Shown here: piece by piece, positions 26,630 to 36,200 of the stretch
Layout: each line of letters begins with the position of its first letter
How positions within the stretch are numbered: position 1 is the first letter of the stretch
NCBI GenBank assembly: GCA_016195295.1
Contig: JACPZV010000389.1
Location: 1-41,875 of the forward strand
Length of the DNA stretch: 41,875 nucleotides
DNA from: Acidobacteriota bacterium
Lineage (GTDB): Bacteria; Acidobacteriota; Vicinamibacteria; Vicinamibacterales; CAVVIG01
Direction of reading: 5' to 3'
Notes under the pieces: generated by a model
What the model saw: the letters and a program-made list of their open reading frames with translations, nothing else
Told to the model about the DNA's origin: nothing
Databases searched by the model: none
Translations under genes and position numbers: made by a program

Positions 26630-29600
26630 GGTGGGCATACCTAACGCAGGTGACGGGGTAAGTCCAATTGGACTGGCTCGTGAGATCCAAGAGCGGTATC
26701 ACGGGTACCTGAGAACAAGCTTCTACTTCCGGGATCCGCTGCTCCGCCGCTCGTTCGAGGACGAGCTCGCACAGGGCCAGCTCGTGAACGGACCGTTCGT
26801 TGAAGCCACTCCTGTCTATTCCAGGGAGACGACGACGAGCGCGTTGTTAGCCGAGCTTCACCGTGGAGACGTCGACGCCGGCTTCATGGCTGCCCTCGAT
26901 CCGCAGCAGCGCCGGCTGTACGTGCATCAGGAACAGGCCGTTCGCCGCCTTAATAGGGGCCGCAACGTCATTGTGGCGACAGGGACCGGCAGCGGGAAGA
27001 CGGAGGCCTACCTGCTACCGATTCTGCTGGCACTGTACCGAGAGAGCCTGCTCGGCGAACGAGCGCCAGGCGTAAGGGCGCTGATTCTCTATCCCATGAA
27101 CGCACTGGCGAACGATCAATGTCGCCGCCTACGCGAGTTCGCCATGCGGCTTGCCGCGCGCGGCAGCAAGTTCTCGTTCACGTTCGGACGCTACACGGGT
27201 GAGACGCCAGAAGATGAGAGGGATTCCTTCCGCAACGCGAGGCGACTGCTTGGGAATCGGAAGCCGGGAGACGGAGAACTGGTGCTGCGAAGGGAGATGC
27301 GGGAGCGGCCTCCTGACATCTTGCTGACGAACTACTCGATGCTCGAATACTTACTTCTACGCCCGAAGGACAGCCTTCTCTTCGACAACGGGCGCGGATC
27401 GACTTGGCGGTTCTGCGTTCTTGATGAGGCGCACCAGTATCGTGGCACGAAGGGTATGGAGATGGCGATGCTTCTTCGTCGTCTCAAGGAACGCCTACGT
27501 GAAGGTGGCTTGGCGCAACGCATCCAGTGCGTTGCGACAAGCGCCTCGCTGGGGGGTGGACCGGGACGGACATCGAACCTTGCGGCTTTCGCCCGCGAGC
27601 TCTTTGACGAGCCGTTCGAAGAGGAAGACGTGCTCCTGGAGGATGTGACGAGGTCCACGACGACCGGCACAGTGTCAGTTCCTGCGAGCGACTTCCAGGC
27701 GCTTTCGCGAGCTCTTGAGGCCGGCGATCGTCAGTGTGAGGCGGAACTCCAGAAATTGGCTAACCGATGTGGGATCACGCTCGGATCGGAATCAGGAATG
27801 GCCGAGCGTCTCCATCGTGTGTTGTCGGCGGACCATCGGTTGGCCAAGCTGCGCACAATCCTCGATACGCCACGTCTGGCGAACGATGTTCGCGACGCCG
27901 TCTTCGACGAAGTTCCTGAGGATCGGCGCGAGGAAGTTCTGGAAGCCTATCTTCATCTCGTTACGAGCGCACGCGATCCGGAGTCTGATGCCCCGCTTCT
28001 CACACTTCGGTATCACCTCTTCCTGCGAGCACTCGAGGGAGCCTTCGTGAGGTACTGGCCGGATAAACGGGTTTCTCTGGCCCGGGCTGGCGCGGGTGCC
28101 GTATCCGTCGAAGGGAAGGGCGACAGCGGTTCGTGGTTCGAAGTCGCCCTCTGTCGCGAGTGCGGACAGCACTACTTCGTCGGGCGCTGCGAGGGCGGAT
28201 TTCTCCGAGAGGCGCTCCGCGATTATGGCGACGATGATTTCAGCGTGTCGTTCTTTCGACCGGTGGAATTGTCAGAGGGCGACGACGACGCAAAGCGCGC
28301 TCGGCTGTGTGTGATCTGTGGTGCGCTATCCGCGTCGAGTCAAAGACCTGGGGATCCTGCGTGCGGCCACCATATAGTGATCGACGTCGTCGAGGAGAAG
28401 GTACGCGACGCATCTAAGGATCAGATGCGGACGTGCGGGGCCTGCGAATACAGGGGACCGGACCCAGTGAGGGAGATTGTCCACGGTACTGACGGTCCGA
28501 ATGCCGTGGTGGCCACGGCCCTGCATCGCTTATTGCCCGAGGACCGACGGAAGGTTCTGGGTTTCGTTGACGGCAGGCAGGAAGCTGCGTTCTTTGCTGT
28601 CTACCTGGAAAGAAGCTACCAGTCCATCCTTGGACGGAGTCTGCTGTTTGCGACCGCACAGTCGCTGGCCCGGGAAGGCTATCGGGAGGTGTCGCTCGGC
28701 TCGCTGGCTGCAAAGCTGACTCGAGTGTTGCGCGAGCGTGGAGTTGTGCTGGCTTCCGCCGACGATCTCCAGGTTCGGCGGGAAGCATGGAAGCTCGTGT
28801 TTTCCGAGTTTGCGACCGATGAGCCAAGAATCTCTCTGGAAGGCGTCGGTCTCGTTCGTTGGCTTCCTGTCCTTCCGGATGACCTGTCAGTTCCAGAATC
28901 GCTGTTTCGCAAGCCGTGGTCTTTCGGGCCAGAGGAAGCCAGAGACCTGCTTCGTTGGCTGCTGGACTCGTTGAGGAGCGATTTCGCGTTAGAACTGCTG
29001 GCGGATCGTGGAATCGATCTGTCGTGGGAGGATCTGGGCCTGAACGCCTCGCAATCGAGGGTAGAAGTGGGCGGCGGTCGGGGGGTACGGGCGTGGGACG
29101 GTCCACGGACCCGCAGAACGGGCTTCCTGGTGCGCGCTCTCGCGTCCGGCGCCGACGCAGCACTCGATGCGCGGGCGAAGGTTAACGCCGCTCAGCAGCT
29201 TCTGCGGGAAGTCTGGGAGGCTCTTAAGGTGGCTGGTGGAGAAGACCGGGTCCTGCTTCAGGTCGGAGACTCGCGGCGCATCAATCCGTCGTGGTGGCGT
29301 CTGAACCTCGTCCTTCCACAGGATGCGCGGTTCCAGTGCGACACGTGCGGACGCCATCAGTCACTTTCCGTGCGTTCTGTCTGTGGCCGGCACGCGTGTC
29401 CGGGTACGCTCCGACCGGTTGAGCCCGGTGGTACCGATTCGGCGCGCAATCATTACCGCCAGTTGTACGAGCAGGCGCTGCCTTCGCGGCTGCGCGCCGA
29501 GGAACATACCGCACAGATTGCTCCCGAGAAGGCTCGTACGTTTCAAGAGGACTTTGAAAAAGGGCTAATCCACTTTCTCAGTTGCTCCACGACTTTCGAG

Positions 29601-31331
29601 CTGGGTGTTGACCTCGGGGATCTGGACACGATTTTCTTGCGAAACGTGCCGCCAGAGCCCTTCAACTACGCGCAGAGAGTGGGCCGTGCGGGTCGCCGGG
29701 CGAGCCATCCTGGCTTCGCCGTGACGTATTGTCGCCGTAGGCCACACGATCTCGCCCACTTCCAGGATCCTCGCGAGTTGATGGCGGGACGGACAGCCCC
29801 GCCGCTCCTGAAGCTGACGAACGCCAAGATCGTTGGCCGGCACCTTACCGCAGTCGTCCTGTCGGAGTTCTTTCGGAAGCTGGGGAACGAGTCCCGCTTC
29901 GAGAGTGTTGCCGCATTCTTGGTCAACATGAAGGAGCCGGTCGTCGTCGCCGATCTCGCGCGCTTCGCGGCAGACAGTTCCACGGATCTCAATCCGCAGT
30001 TACGTAGGCTGGCGCCTCGCGCGCTCCATGCCAGTCTCGGACTCGACGACGGAACATGGATTCAGCAAATCATCACCGATGCTGAAACCCGGCTGGCGAG
30101 TGTCGTGAGCGAGGTGTCCAGCGACTACGCCAGGGTGGAACAGTTTGAGGAGGAGGCCAGTAGGAGCAAGAGGCACCGGGACGCGGACTGGGCTCATCGG
30201 AGGGCTGAGACGATCAGCGGCGAAGACGTGATCTCGTTTCTCTCTCGTAAGGCCGTCATCCCCAAGTACGGATTCCCGGTGGATGTCGTCGAGCTGGACC
30301 TTCAGCCGCTGCGGAGGAGTTCGCGTGAGAGCAGTGAAGTTACCCTACAGAGGGACCTCTCCATCGCTGTGTCTGAGTTCGCCCCGGGTTGCCGCCTCGT
30401 GGCAAACAAGAAGTTGTGGACGTCTTACGGATTGAAGCGGGTTGCAGAGCGAGAGTGGGGCTGGAGGCATTACAGAAGGTGCAATCGCCATGGCACCTTC
30501 GTTAGCTGGGAGCTCAACGATCAACCGCCTGAAAGACCGTGCTGCGCAAAAGTGGTTCAGAACACGTACGTTGACCCGATCTTCGGCTTTGTCACAGAGC
30601 GCAAGGCTCCAGAGGATCCGAGTTACCGACCAGCGCGGGTTTACACGACGCGACCGTATTTTCTAGGGCCTGGAGGCGTTGAGCCGGAGACCATTGAGAT
30701 CGCTGGAGTAGCCAGCGTCCGCAAGGCGTCTCCTGGTCGGCTCGTTGTTCTCTGCGAAGGCAAGAAAGGGCGGGGTTTCACGATCTGCCAGAACTGCGGC
30801 GCAGGCGTCGACGAAAGAGCGAAGGAACACAAGACACCGCTCGGAGAGCAGTGCCGTGGCGCGCTCAGGCGGGTCACGCTCGGTCATGAGTTCCTGACGG
30901 ATGTGCTGCGGGTGAGATTCCATCAACGGCCGGCGTCCGCGGCGGCTCCTGACGGCATGCTGTGGTTCGGGTTTTCGCTGGCCTACGCGCTTCTCTACGG
31001 CGCTCACGAGATCCTCGAAGTTCCGCGCCAGGACCTCAACGTGACGGTTCGCGGAGGTGAGGGAGACGAGGTTCCAGAAGTCGTCCTCTATGACGACGTG
31101 CCTGGAGGCGCGGGTCTGGTTGCCAGACTGGAAGAACCGGAGGCCTTTCACGAGTGCCTGGTCAGGGCACGCGCGCGTGTTTTGGGTTCGTGCGGTTGTG
31201 CAGCGGACACGAGCTGCTACGGGTGCCTACGGAGCTACGCCAACCAGTTCGCGCATCCGCGACTTCGTCGCGGTGCGGTCAAGGGCTATCTTGATGAAGT
31301 TCTCGGGCGCTGGCGCAGCGGGAATCCATGA
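26619..31331 (+). CDS. Large DEAH-box helicase with C-terminal DUF1998/MZB zinc-binding domain (YprA/MrfA/DruE-like), 1570 aa
   Basis: Motif I ATGTGSGKTEAY, Ia LILYPMNALANDQ, LLTNYSMLEYLLLRP, II LDEAHQYRG, III VATSASL, VI AQRVGRAGRR. PKYGFPVDVVELDL and GSCGCAADTSCYGCLRSYANQFAHPRLRRGAV are MZB/DUF1998 hallmarks. Several CxxC ribbons are present. GGAGGA lies 7 nt upstream of GTG 26619. Confidence 0.85.
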   Translation: MTHKVGIPNAGDGVSPIGLAREIQERYHGYLRTSFYFRDPLLRRSFEDELAQGQLVNGPFVEATPVYSRETTTSALLAELHRGDVDAGFMAALDPQQRRLYVHQEQAVRRLNRGRNVIVATGTGSGKTEAYLLPILLALYRESLLGERAPGVRALILYPMNALANDQCRRLREFAMRLAARGSKFSFTFGRYTGETPEDERDSFRNARRLLGNRKPGDGELVLRREMRERPPDILLTNYSMLEYLLLRPKDSLLFDNGRGSTWRFCVLDEAHQYRGTKGMEMAMLLRRLKERLREGGLAQRIQCVATSASLGGGPGRTSNLAAFARELFDEPFEEEDVLLEDVTRSTTTGTVSVPASDFQALSRALEAGDRQCEAELQKLANRCGITLGSESGMAERLHRVLSADHRLAKLRTILDTPRLANDVRDAVFDEVPEDRREEVLEAYLHLVTSARDPESDAPLLTLRYHLFLRALEGAFVRYWPDKRVSLARAGAGAVSVEGKGDSGSWFEVALCRECGQHYFVGRCEGGFLREALRDYGDDDFSVSFFRPVELSEGDDDAKRARLCVICGALSASSQRPGDPACGHHIVIDVVEEKVRDASKDQMRTCGACEYRGPDPVREIVHGTDGPNAVVATALHRLLPEDRRKVLGFVDGRQEAAFFAVYLERSYQSILGRSLLFATAQSLAREGYREVSLGSLAAKLTRVLRERGVVLASADDLQVRREAWKLVFSEFATDEPRISLEGVGLVRWLPVLPDDLSVPESLFRKPWSFGPEEARDLLRWLLDSLRSDFALELLADRGIDLSWEDLGLNASQSRVEVGGGRGVRAWDGPRTRRTGFLVRALASGADAALDARAKVNAAQQLLREVWEALKVAGGEDRVLLQVGDSRRINPSWWRLNLVLPQDARFQCDTCGRHQSLSVRSVCGRHACPGTLRPVEPGGTDSARNHYRQLYEQALPSRLRAEEHTAQIAPEKARTFQEDFEKGLIHFLSCSTTFELGVDLGDLDTIFLRNVPPEPFNYAQRVGRAGRRASHPGFAVTYCRRRPHDLAHFQDPRELMAGRTAPPLLKLTNAKIVGRHLTAVVLSEFFRKLGNESRFESVAAFLVNMKEPVVVADLARFAADSSTDLNPQLRRLAPRALHASLGLDDGTWIQQIITDAETRLASVVSEVSSDYARVEQFEEEASRSKRHRDADWAHRRAETISGEDVISFLSRKAVIPKYGFPVDVVELDLQPLRRSSRESSEVTLQRDLSIAVSEFAPGCRLVANKKLWTSYGLKRVAEREWGWRHYRRCNRHGTFVSWELNDQPPERPCCAKVVQNTYVDPIFGFVTERKAPEDPSYRPARVYTTRPYFLGPGGVEPETIEIAGVASVRKASPGRLVVLCEGKKGRGFTICQNCGAGVDERAKEHKTPLGEQCRGALRRVTLGHEFLTDVLRVRFHQRPASAAAPDGMLWFGFSLAYALLYGAHEILEVPRQDLNVTVRGGEGDEVPEVVLYDDVPGGAGLVARLEEPEAFHECLVRARARVLGSCGCAADTSCYGCLRSYANQFAHPRLRRGAVKGYLDEVLGRWRSGNP

Positions 31332-31376
31332 TCGTTTTGCGGACTGACGAATGAGCACTGGCGGCCTGCAGGCGAC

Positions 31377-31414
31377 TTGATATCAAATGCAGATCAGGGT
31401 AAGAATACTACCCT
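31377..31414 (+). promoter_or_regulatory. Candidate abiE promoter (TTGATA-N17/18-TAAGAAT) overlapped by the inverted repeat AGGGTA-N7-TACCCT
   Basis: Read directly from the sequence: TTGATA at 31377-31382 and inverted-repeat arms at 31396-31401 and 31409-31414, 8 nt upstream of the AbiEi ATG. AbiEi proteins are known to autorepress through promoter inverted repeats. Confidence 0.4.
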
Positions 31415-31421
31415 CATCAGC

Positions 31422-32225
31422 ATGCAACATAAAGTCAAGACGCGCGATTTCTTCGCCACGCACCCTGTCTTCTCCCTGGACGAGGCCGCTCGATCGCTGG
31501 CCCCGAGGCGAGGACGAGCCGCCACGCTCGACCGCCTGAAGCATCACCTCAAGGCCGGCCGGATCAAAGTCGCGGCCAGAGGCGTCTACGCGCTGGTGCC
31601 CGCCGGCGTGCCGGCCGGGCGGTTTTCGCCGGACCCGGTCCTCGTCGCGCTGGCGATGCGGCCCGACGCGGTGTTCTCGCACCACACAGCCCTCGAGCTT
31701 CTCGGCGCCGCGCACTCGGCGTGGCGCCAGTGTACGGTCTACACCGCCAGGGTTCATCGGCCGATGGCGCTGAACGGCACCGCGATCCTGTTTCTTGCGA
31801 GTCCCAAGGGCCTGACCGGCAAGCGAGCGCTCGGCACGCGCCGGGTCGAACGACGCGGACGGCTGGTCGAAGTCACCGGCCCCGAGCGTACGCTCGTCGA
31901 CGGGTTTCGGCGGCCTGCCCTCGCCGGCGGGCTCGAAGAGCTCGTCACTTCGGCGAGCGGGTTTGCCACGATGGATCTGAAACTCGTCGAGGAAGTTCTT
32001 CGACGCTATGGAGCGGCGAACCTGTGGGCCGCGGTCGGCTGGTTCCTCGATCGATTCCAGAAAACTTTTCACGTGTCCGAGGCCGTGCTCAAGCGACTGG
32101 AACGCCACCGGCCGCAGTCGCCCCAGTATCTCGAGCGCGGGACGCGCGGCGGCGTCCTGGCGCATCGCTGGAATCTGATTGTGCCTGAGGCTCTCGCCGG
32201 GTCAGGTGAGCCCGATGAGCGTTAG
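31422..32225 (+). CDS. abiEi: AbiEi-family antitoxin / transcriptional regulator (type IV TA)
   Basis: The N-terminal wHTH-like segment has the pattern RDFFATHPVFSLDEAARSL...LKHHLKAGRIKVAARGVYALV, followed by FSHHTALELLG and ERTLVD. The stop overlaps the AbiEii start by 11 nt. Confidence 0.8.
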   Translation: MQHKVKTRDFFATHPVFSLDEAARSLAPRRGRAATLDRLKHHLKAGRIKVAARGVYALVPAGVPAGRFSPDPVLVALAMRPDAVFSHHTALELLGAAHSAWRQCTVYTARVHRPMALNGTAILFLASPKGLTGKRALGTRRVERRGRLVEVTGPERTLVDGFRRPALAGGLEELVTSASGFATMDLKLVEEVLRRYGAANLWAAVGWFLDRFQKTFHVSEAVLKRLERHRPQSPQYLERGTRGGVLAHRWNLIVPEALAGSGEPDER

Positions 32226-33197
32226 CGTCGAGTACCTCGAACGCTGCGCCAGCGAGACAGGCTTTCAGGTCGCCTCACTTGAGAAGGTCACCCGGCTCGG
32301 AGAGCTGGCCGCGGACATCGCCCGTCATGCGTTCCTGGCGGAGGTGCTCGCGCTCAAGGGTGGCACGGCGCTGAATCTGGCCTTCGGCGCACCCTCGCGT
32401 CTTTCGGTCGACCTCGACTTCAACTACATCGGTCACCTCGATCGCGAGAAGATGCTGGCCGATCGACCGCGAGTCGAAGCCGCGGTCGCGGAGCTGGCTC
32501 GCCGCCACGGCTACCGCGTGCAGCGATCGGCGGACGCGTTCGCCGGACGAAAGCTGTTCCTGGCCTACCGGTCCGCCCTCGGCCAGAACGACAGGATCGA
32601 GGTCGACCTCAACTTTCTCTTCAGACAACCGCTTTGGAAGACCGAAATCCGAACGCTGTGGCAGCCTGGCGAACTGGATCGCCCGCGGGTCGTCGTCGTC
32701 AGCGTCGGAGAGCTGCTCATCGGAAAGTTTTCGGCCCTGTTGGACCGGGCTGCGACCCACAGGACGCATGGGACGTGGCGAACCTTCAGCCGGCGGCTCG
32801 CGATGCCATTGGATCGCCTCGCTTCCGTCCTCACTTCATGGCGATGGCCGCCACGCTGACGCACCCGCCGTCCGAGTACAGCGAGAACCGCCTCGCCAGA
32901 ATCGTGACCGACCGGGCCGTGGAGGAGCAACTCACGCCGATGCTCGTGTCGGGAAAGACGCCGCGGGCCGCCGATCTGGTGAGAAGGTCGTGGGCCGTCG
33001 TCGGGCCTCTCGTCGATCTGACGGACCGTGAACGGGAGTTCCACGCCGCCGTTGGTCGCGGCGACCTTCGTTTGGATCTTTTGTTCGATGGCAGTCCTGG
33101 AGACGCGTCCCCGCTGTCCACCCACCCGGCACTGTTGTGGAAGATGATGAACGTCCGTCAACATCTGGCGAAACGTCAGGCAAGAACTGACACCTGA
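32215..33197 (+). CDS. abiEii: AbiEii/AbiGii-family nucleotidyltransferase toxin (frameshifted as given)
   Basis: Pol-beta NTase motif LKGGTALNLAFGAPSRLSVDLDF. Frames 32179.. and 32634.. join at the GGG run 32747-32749 (...FSALLDRG|CDPQDAWDVANL...) to give a total of ~327 aa. Confidence 0.8.
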
Positions 33198-33200
33198 GCA

Positions 33201-36200
33201 ATGGCGCTGAACCCGATCGTCTTCACCGAGAAGGTCGTCAGGAGCTTCCTGCGCTACCAGCTCACGGCGTATCCGTTCGCCGACGAGCGGTTGCACGCGC
33301 AGATGCGGCGGCTGTTGTCGCTCGACGAGACGCGGCAGTCGCCGCTGATGAAAGGCCCCTATATCAGCCTGTCGCGCCCGTTCCGGCAGGGGGCGGCGGT
33401 GGACGCGCTCGTCCGCGAGGGCATCTTCCATCCCCACATGCGCCAGCGGATTCCGGCCGAGATCGCGCACGTCTACGGCCATCAGGAAGACGCCATTCGA
33501 GCGATCCGCGCGGGCAAGACGACGCTCGTGTCCACGGGCACCGGGTCGGGGAAGACCGAGTGCTTCCTGTATCCGATCATCAGCAAATCCCTGGAACTGA
33601 GAGATGCCGGCGCTCACGCCGGCATCAGCGCCGTCATCGTCTATCCGATGAACGCGCTGGCTGAAGATCAGCTCGGCCGGTTGCGGTCGCTCCTGGCCGG
33701 TACGGGCATCTCGTTCGGCATGTACGTCGGCAAGACGCCGGAGAACGAGGCGGAAGTCACCGGCATCCGGCTGCCGCAGGGCGCATCGCGTGCCGACTAC
33801 GAGGCCAAGGTCGCCGAAGTCCGGCGCGAGAAGCGCAGCGACACGGTGTATCCACCCGAGGAAATCTGCTCGCGCGAGGTGATGCGGACACCGGGCCGGC
33901 AACCACGGATCCTGCTGACGAACGTGAAGCAGCTCGAGCTGCTGCTGACCCGCCAGCGCGACGTGAATCTGTTCGCCGACGCGCGGCTCGACTTCCTCGT
34001 CTTCGACGAGGCCCACACGTTCACCGGAGCGCAGGGTGCTGAGACGGCTTGCCTGATCCGGCGGCTGCGATCCTTCTGCGGACGAGGCATCCAGGAGACC
34101 GCATGCGTCGCGACCTCCGCGACCATTGTCGATCACGAGAACCCGGACGCCGCGCGCGATTTCGCGTCCAGGTTCTTCGGTGTTGAACCAGACGCTGTCG
34201 TCACGGTGGGCGAAGCGTACGAGCGCGAGGTATGGGAGAACGATCGCGTCGTCCCGATCGTGCCGCAGAAAGATCCTGCGGCCCTGCTGAACGATTGTGT
34301 CCGGAGCGTCGAGGAAGACGGAGGAGCGGGACATGCCGTTCGAGCCGCGTACAGGCAACTCGCCGGAGTGGATCTGCCGGCTGGCGAGTGGCCGCGCGCG
34401 CTGTATTCCGCGCTCTCGCGCAACGAGCTGGTCTTCCAACTCAGCGAGGTGCTGGCGAGGCCGCGGCCGCTGAACGAGCTGCCCGCTGAATTGGGGGCGA
34501 CGCTCGGGCGCTCAATGACCGAAGCCGAGATCCTCTGCTGGCTGACTTTGGGAGCGGCCGCCCGGTCGCAGGGCCGACCGCTCCTGCGTCCGGTCGTGCA
34601 CGGGTTCGTGCGTGGCATCAGCGGCGCGGTCGTGAGTTTTCCGGTGACTGAGCCCGGACCCCGGCTGTGGTTCGCCGCGGAGGACGAGATCCAAGCCCAG
34701 GGTGGATCGGCGCAGCACGCGCACTTTCCAATCACGACGTGCACGACGTGCGGCCAGCACTACTTTATTTCTCACTTGAAGGACTTCGAATTTGCCGGAA
34801 CGACGCCCGGAGGCGGAGAGGCGGCAGCCGATTCGTCCTTCTGGGAGCCGCTCGAGGAAGCGCGGGGCGGCAAGCGCGCCATCCTGATCGATCGCATCGT
34901 GGGCGGCGCGGACGATGACGACCTGGACGAGCACGACCGGCTGGCGCCGGTCAGCTTTTGCCGTCGCTGCGGCGCGGGTCACCCGCAGGCGATCGGACGC
35001 TGCCTGCACTGGTACGGCCGCGGAGATGGTGTCGCTGTACGCGGTCAGACAGAAGAAGGACAACCCCGGCTTCCTGACCAGTTGCGTTTCCTGCGGCGCG
35101 AACGGCCGCCGCATGGGCACCGTCTACCGCGAGCCGGCGCGTCCGGTGCGCGCGACCAACGTCGCGGACGTTCACGTCCTCGCGCAGGACATGGTGCAGC
35201 ACTCGGAGCGGCCGCGCCTGCTCGTCTTCTGCGACAACCGGCAGGATGCCGCGTTTCAGGCCGGTTGGATGAAGGACCATGCGCGCCGGTTCCGCCTGCG
35301 CGCGCTCATGGCCGAAGGCATGAAGGACGGCGGCCTTTCCATCGGCGATCTGACCCGCCACGTGGACGACGCGCTCGAGGCGGATGAATCGCTGTCGCGC
35401 GCGCTCGTGCCCGAAGTCTGGCAGGTCGTGCGCCGGGAAGGTGGTGGCGGCCGCCACGAGCAGGAGCGGCGGAAGTTCCTGCGCATCCAGGTGCTGCGCG
35501 AGGTCACGATGTCCGCGCGCCAGCCAATCGGCCTGGAGCCATGGGGACGGATGAAAGTCGAGTACCTCGGACTCGATCAGGGTCTTCCGTGGATCCAGCG
35601 GCACGCGCGATCGCTTGCGATGCCGGTCGAGGATCTACGGGACGGTGTGGCCGGTCTGCTCGATTACCTTCGTCGTCGTCGCGCGCTGCACGACCCGGAG
35701 CACGAGATCTTCACGAAATACTGGCAGGATGGCGACCTCGAGCTTCAGCAGGGTTATCTGCCGCAGCTTGGATCGCCGACAGGCACGAAACTGCGCCGCG
35801 GCGGCAACGAGAAGCCTGAATTGGTGCTGCAGTGGCTGAGCGAGCGCGGGGACACCACGATTCGCCAGATCGTGCGCAAGTGGGGCGTGAAGTCTGACGA
35901 GGCGGCGGACTTCATCGATGGACTCTTCACGTTCCTCATCGATCAGCGTCTCCTGGTGCCCGTACGGCTCAAAGGCTCTCACGGCAATCCACTTCCCAAT
36001 GTGAGCGGTGTGTATCAGGTGGACGCCGATCGGCTCCGTCTTCTGCAGAACCATGGCGTCTGGCGCTGCCGCAGCTGCCGGCGCCGGACTGCGCGCCGTG
36101 CGCCGCTCCAGAAGTGTTTGTCGTGGAGGTGCGACGGCGAGCTGGAGTTCATCAAGGAAGACCCGGACAACTACGATCTGCAAGTGCTCGACCAGGGCTA

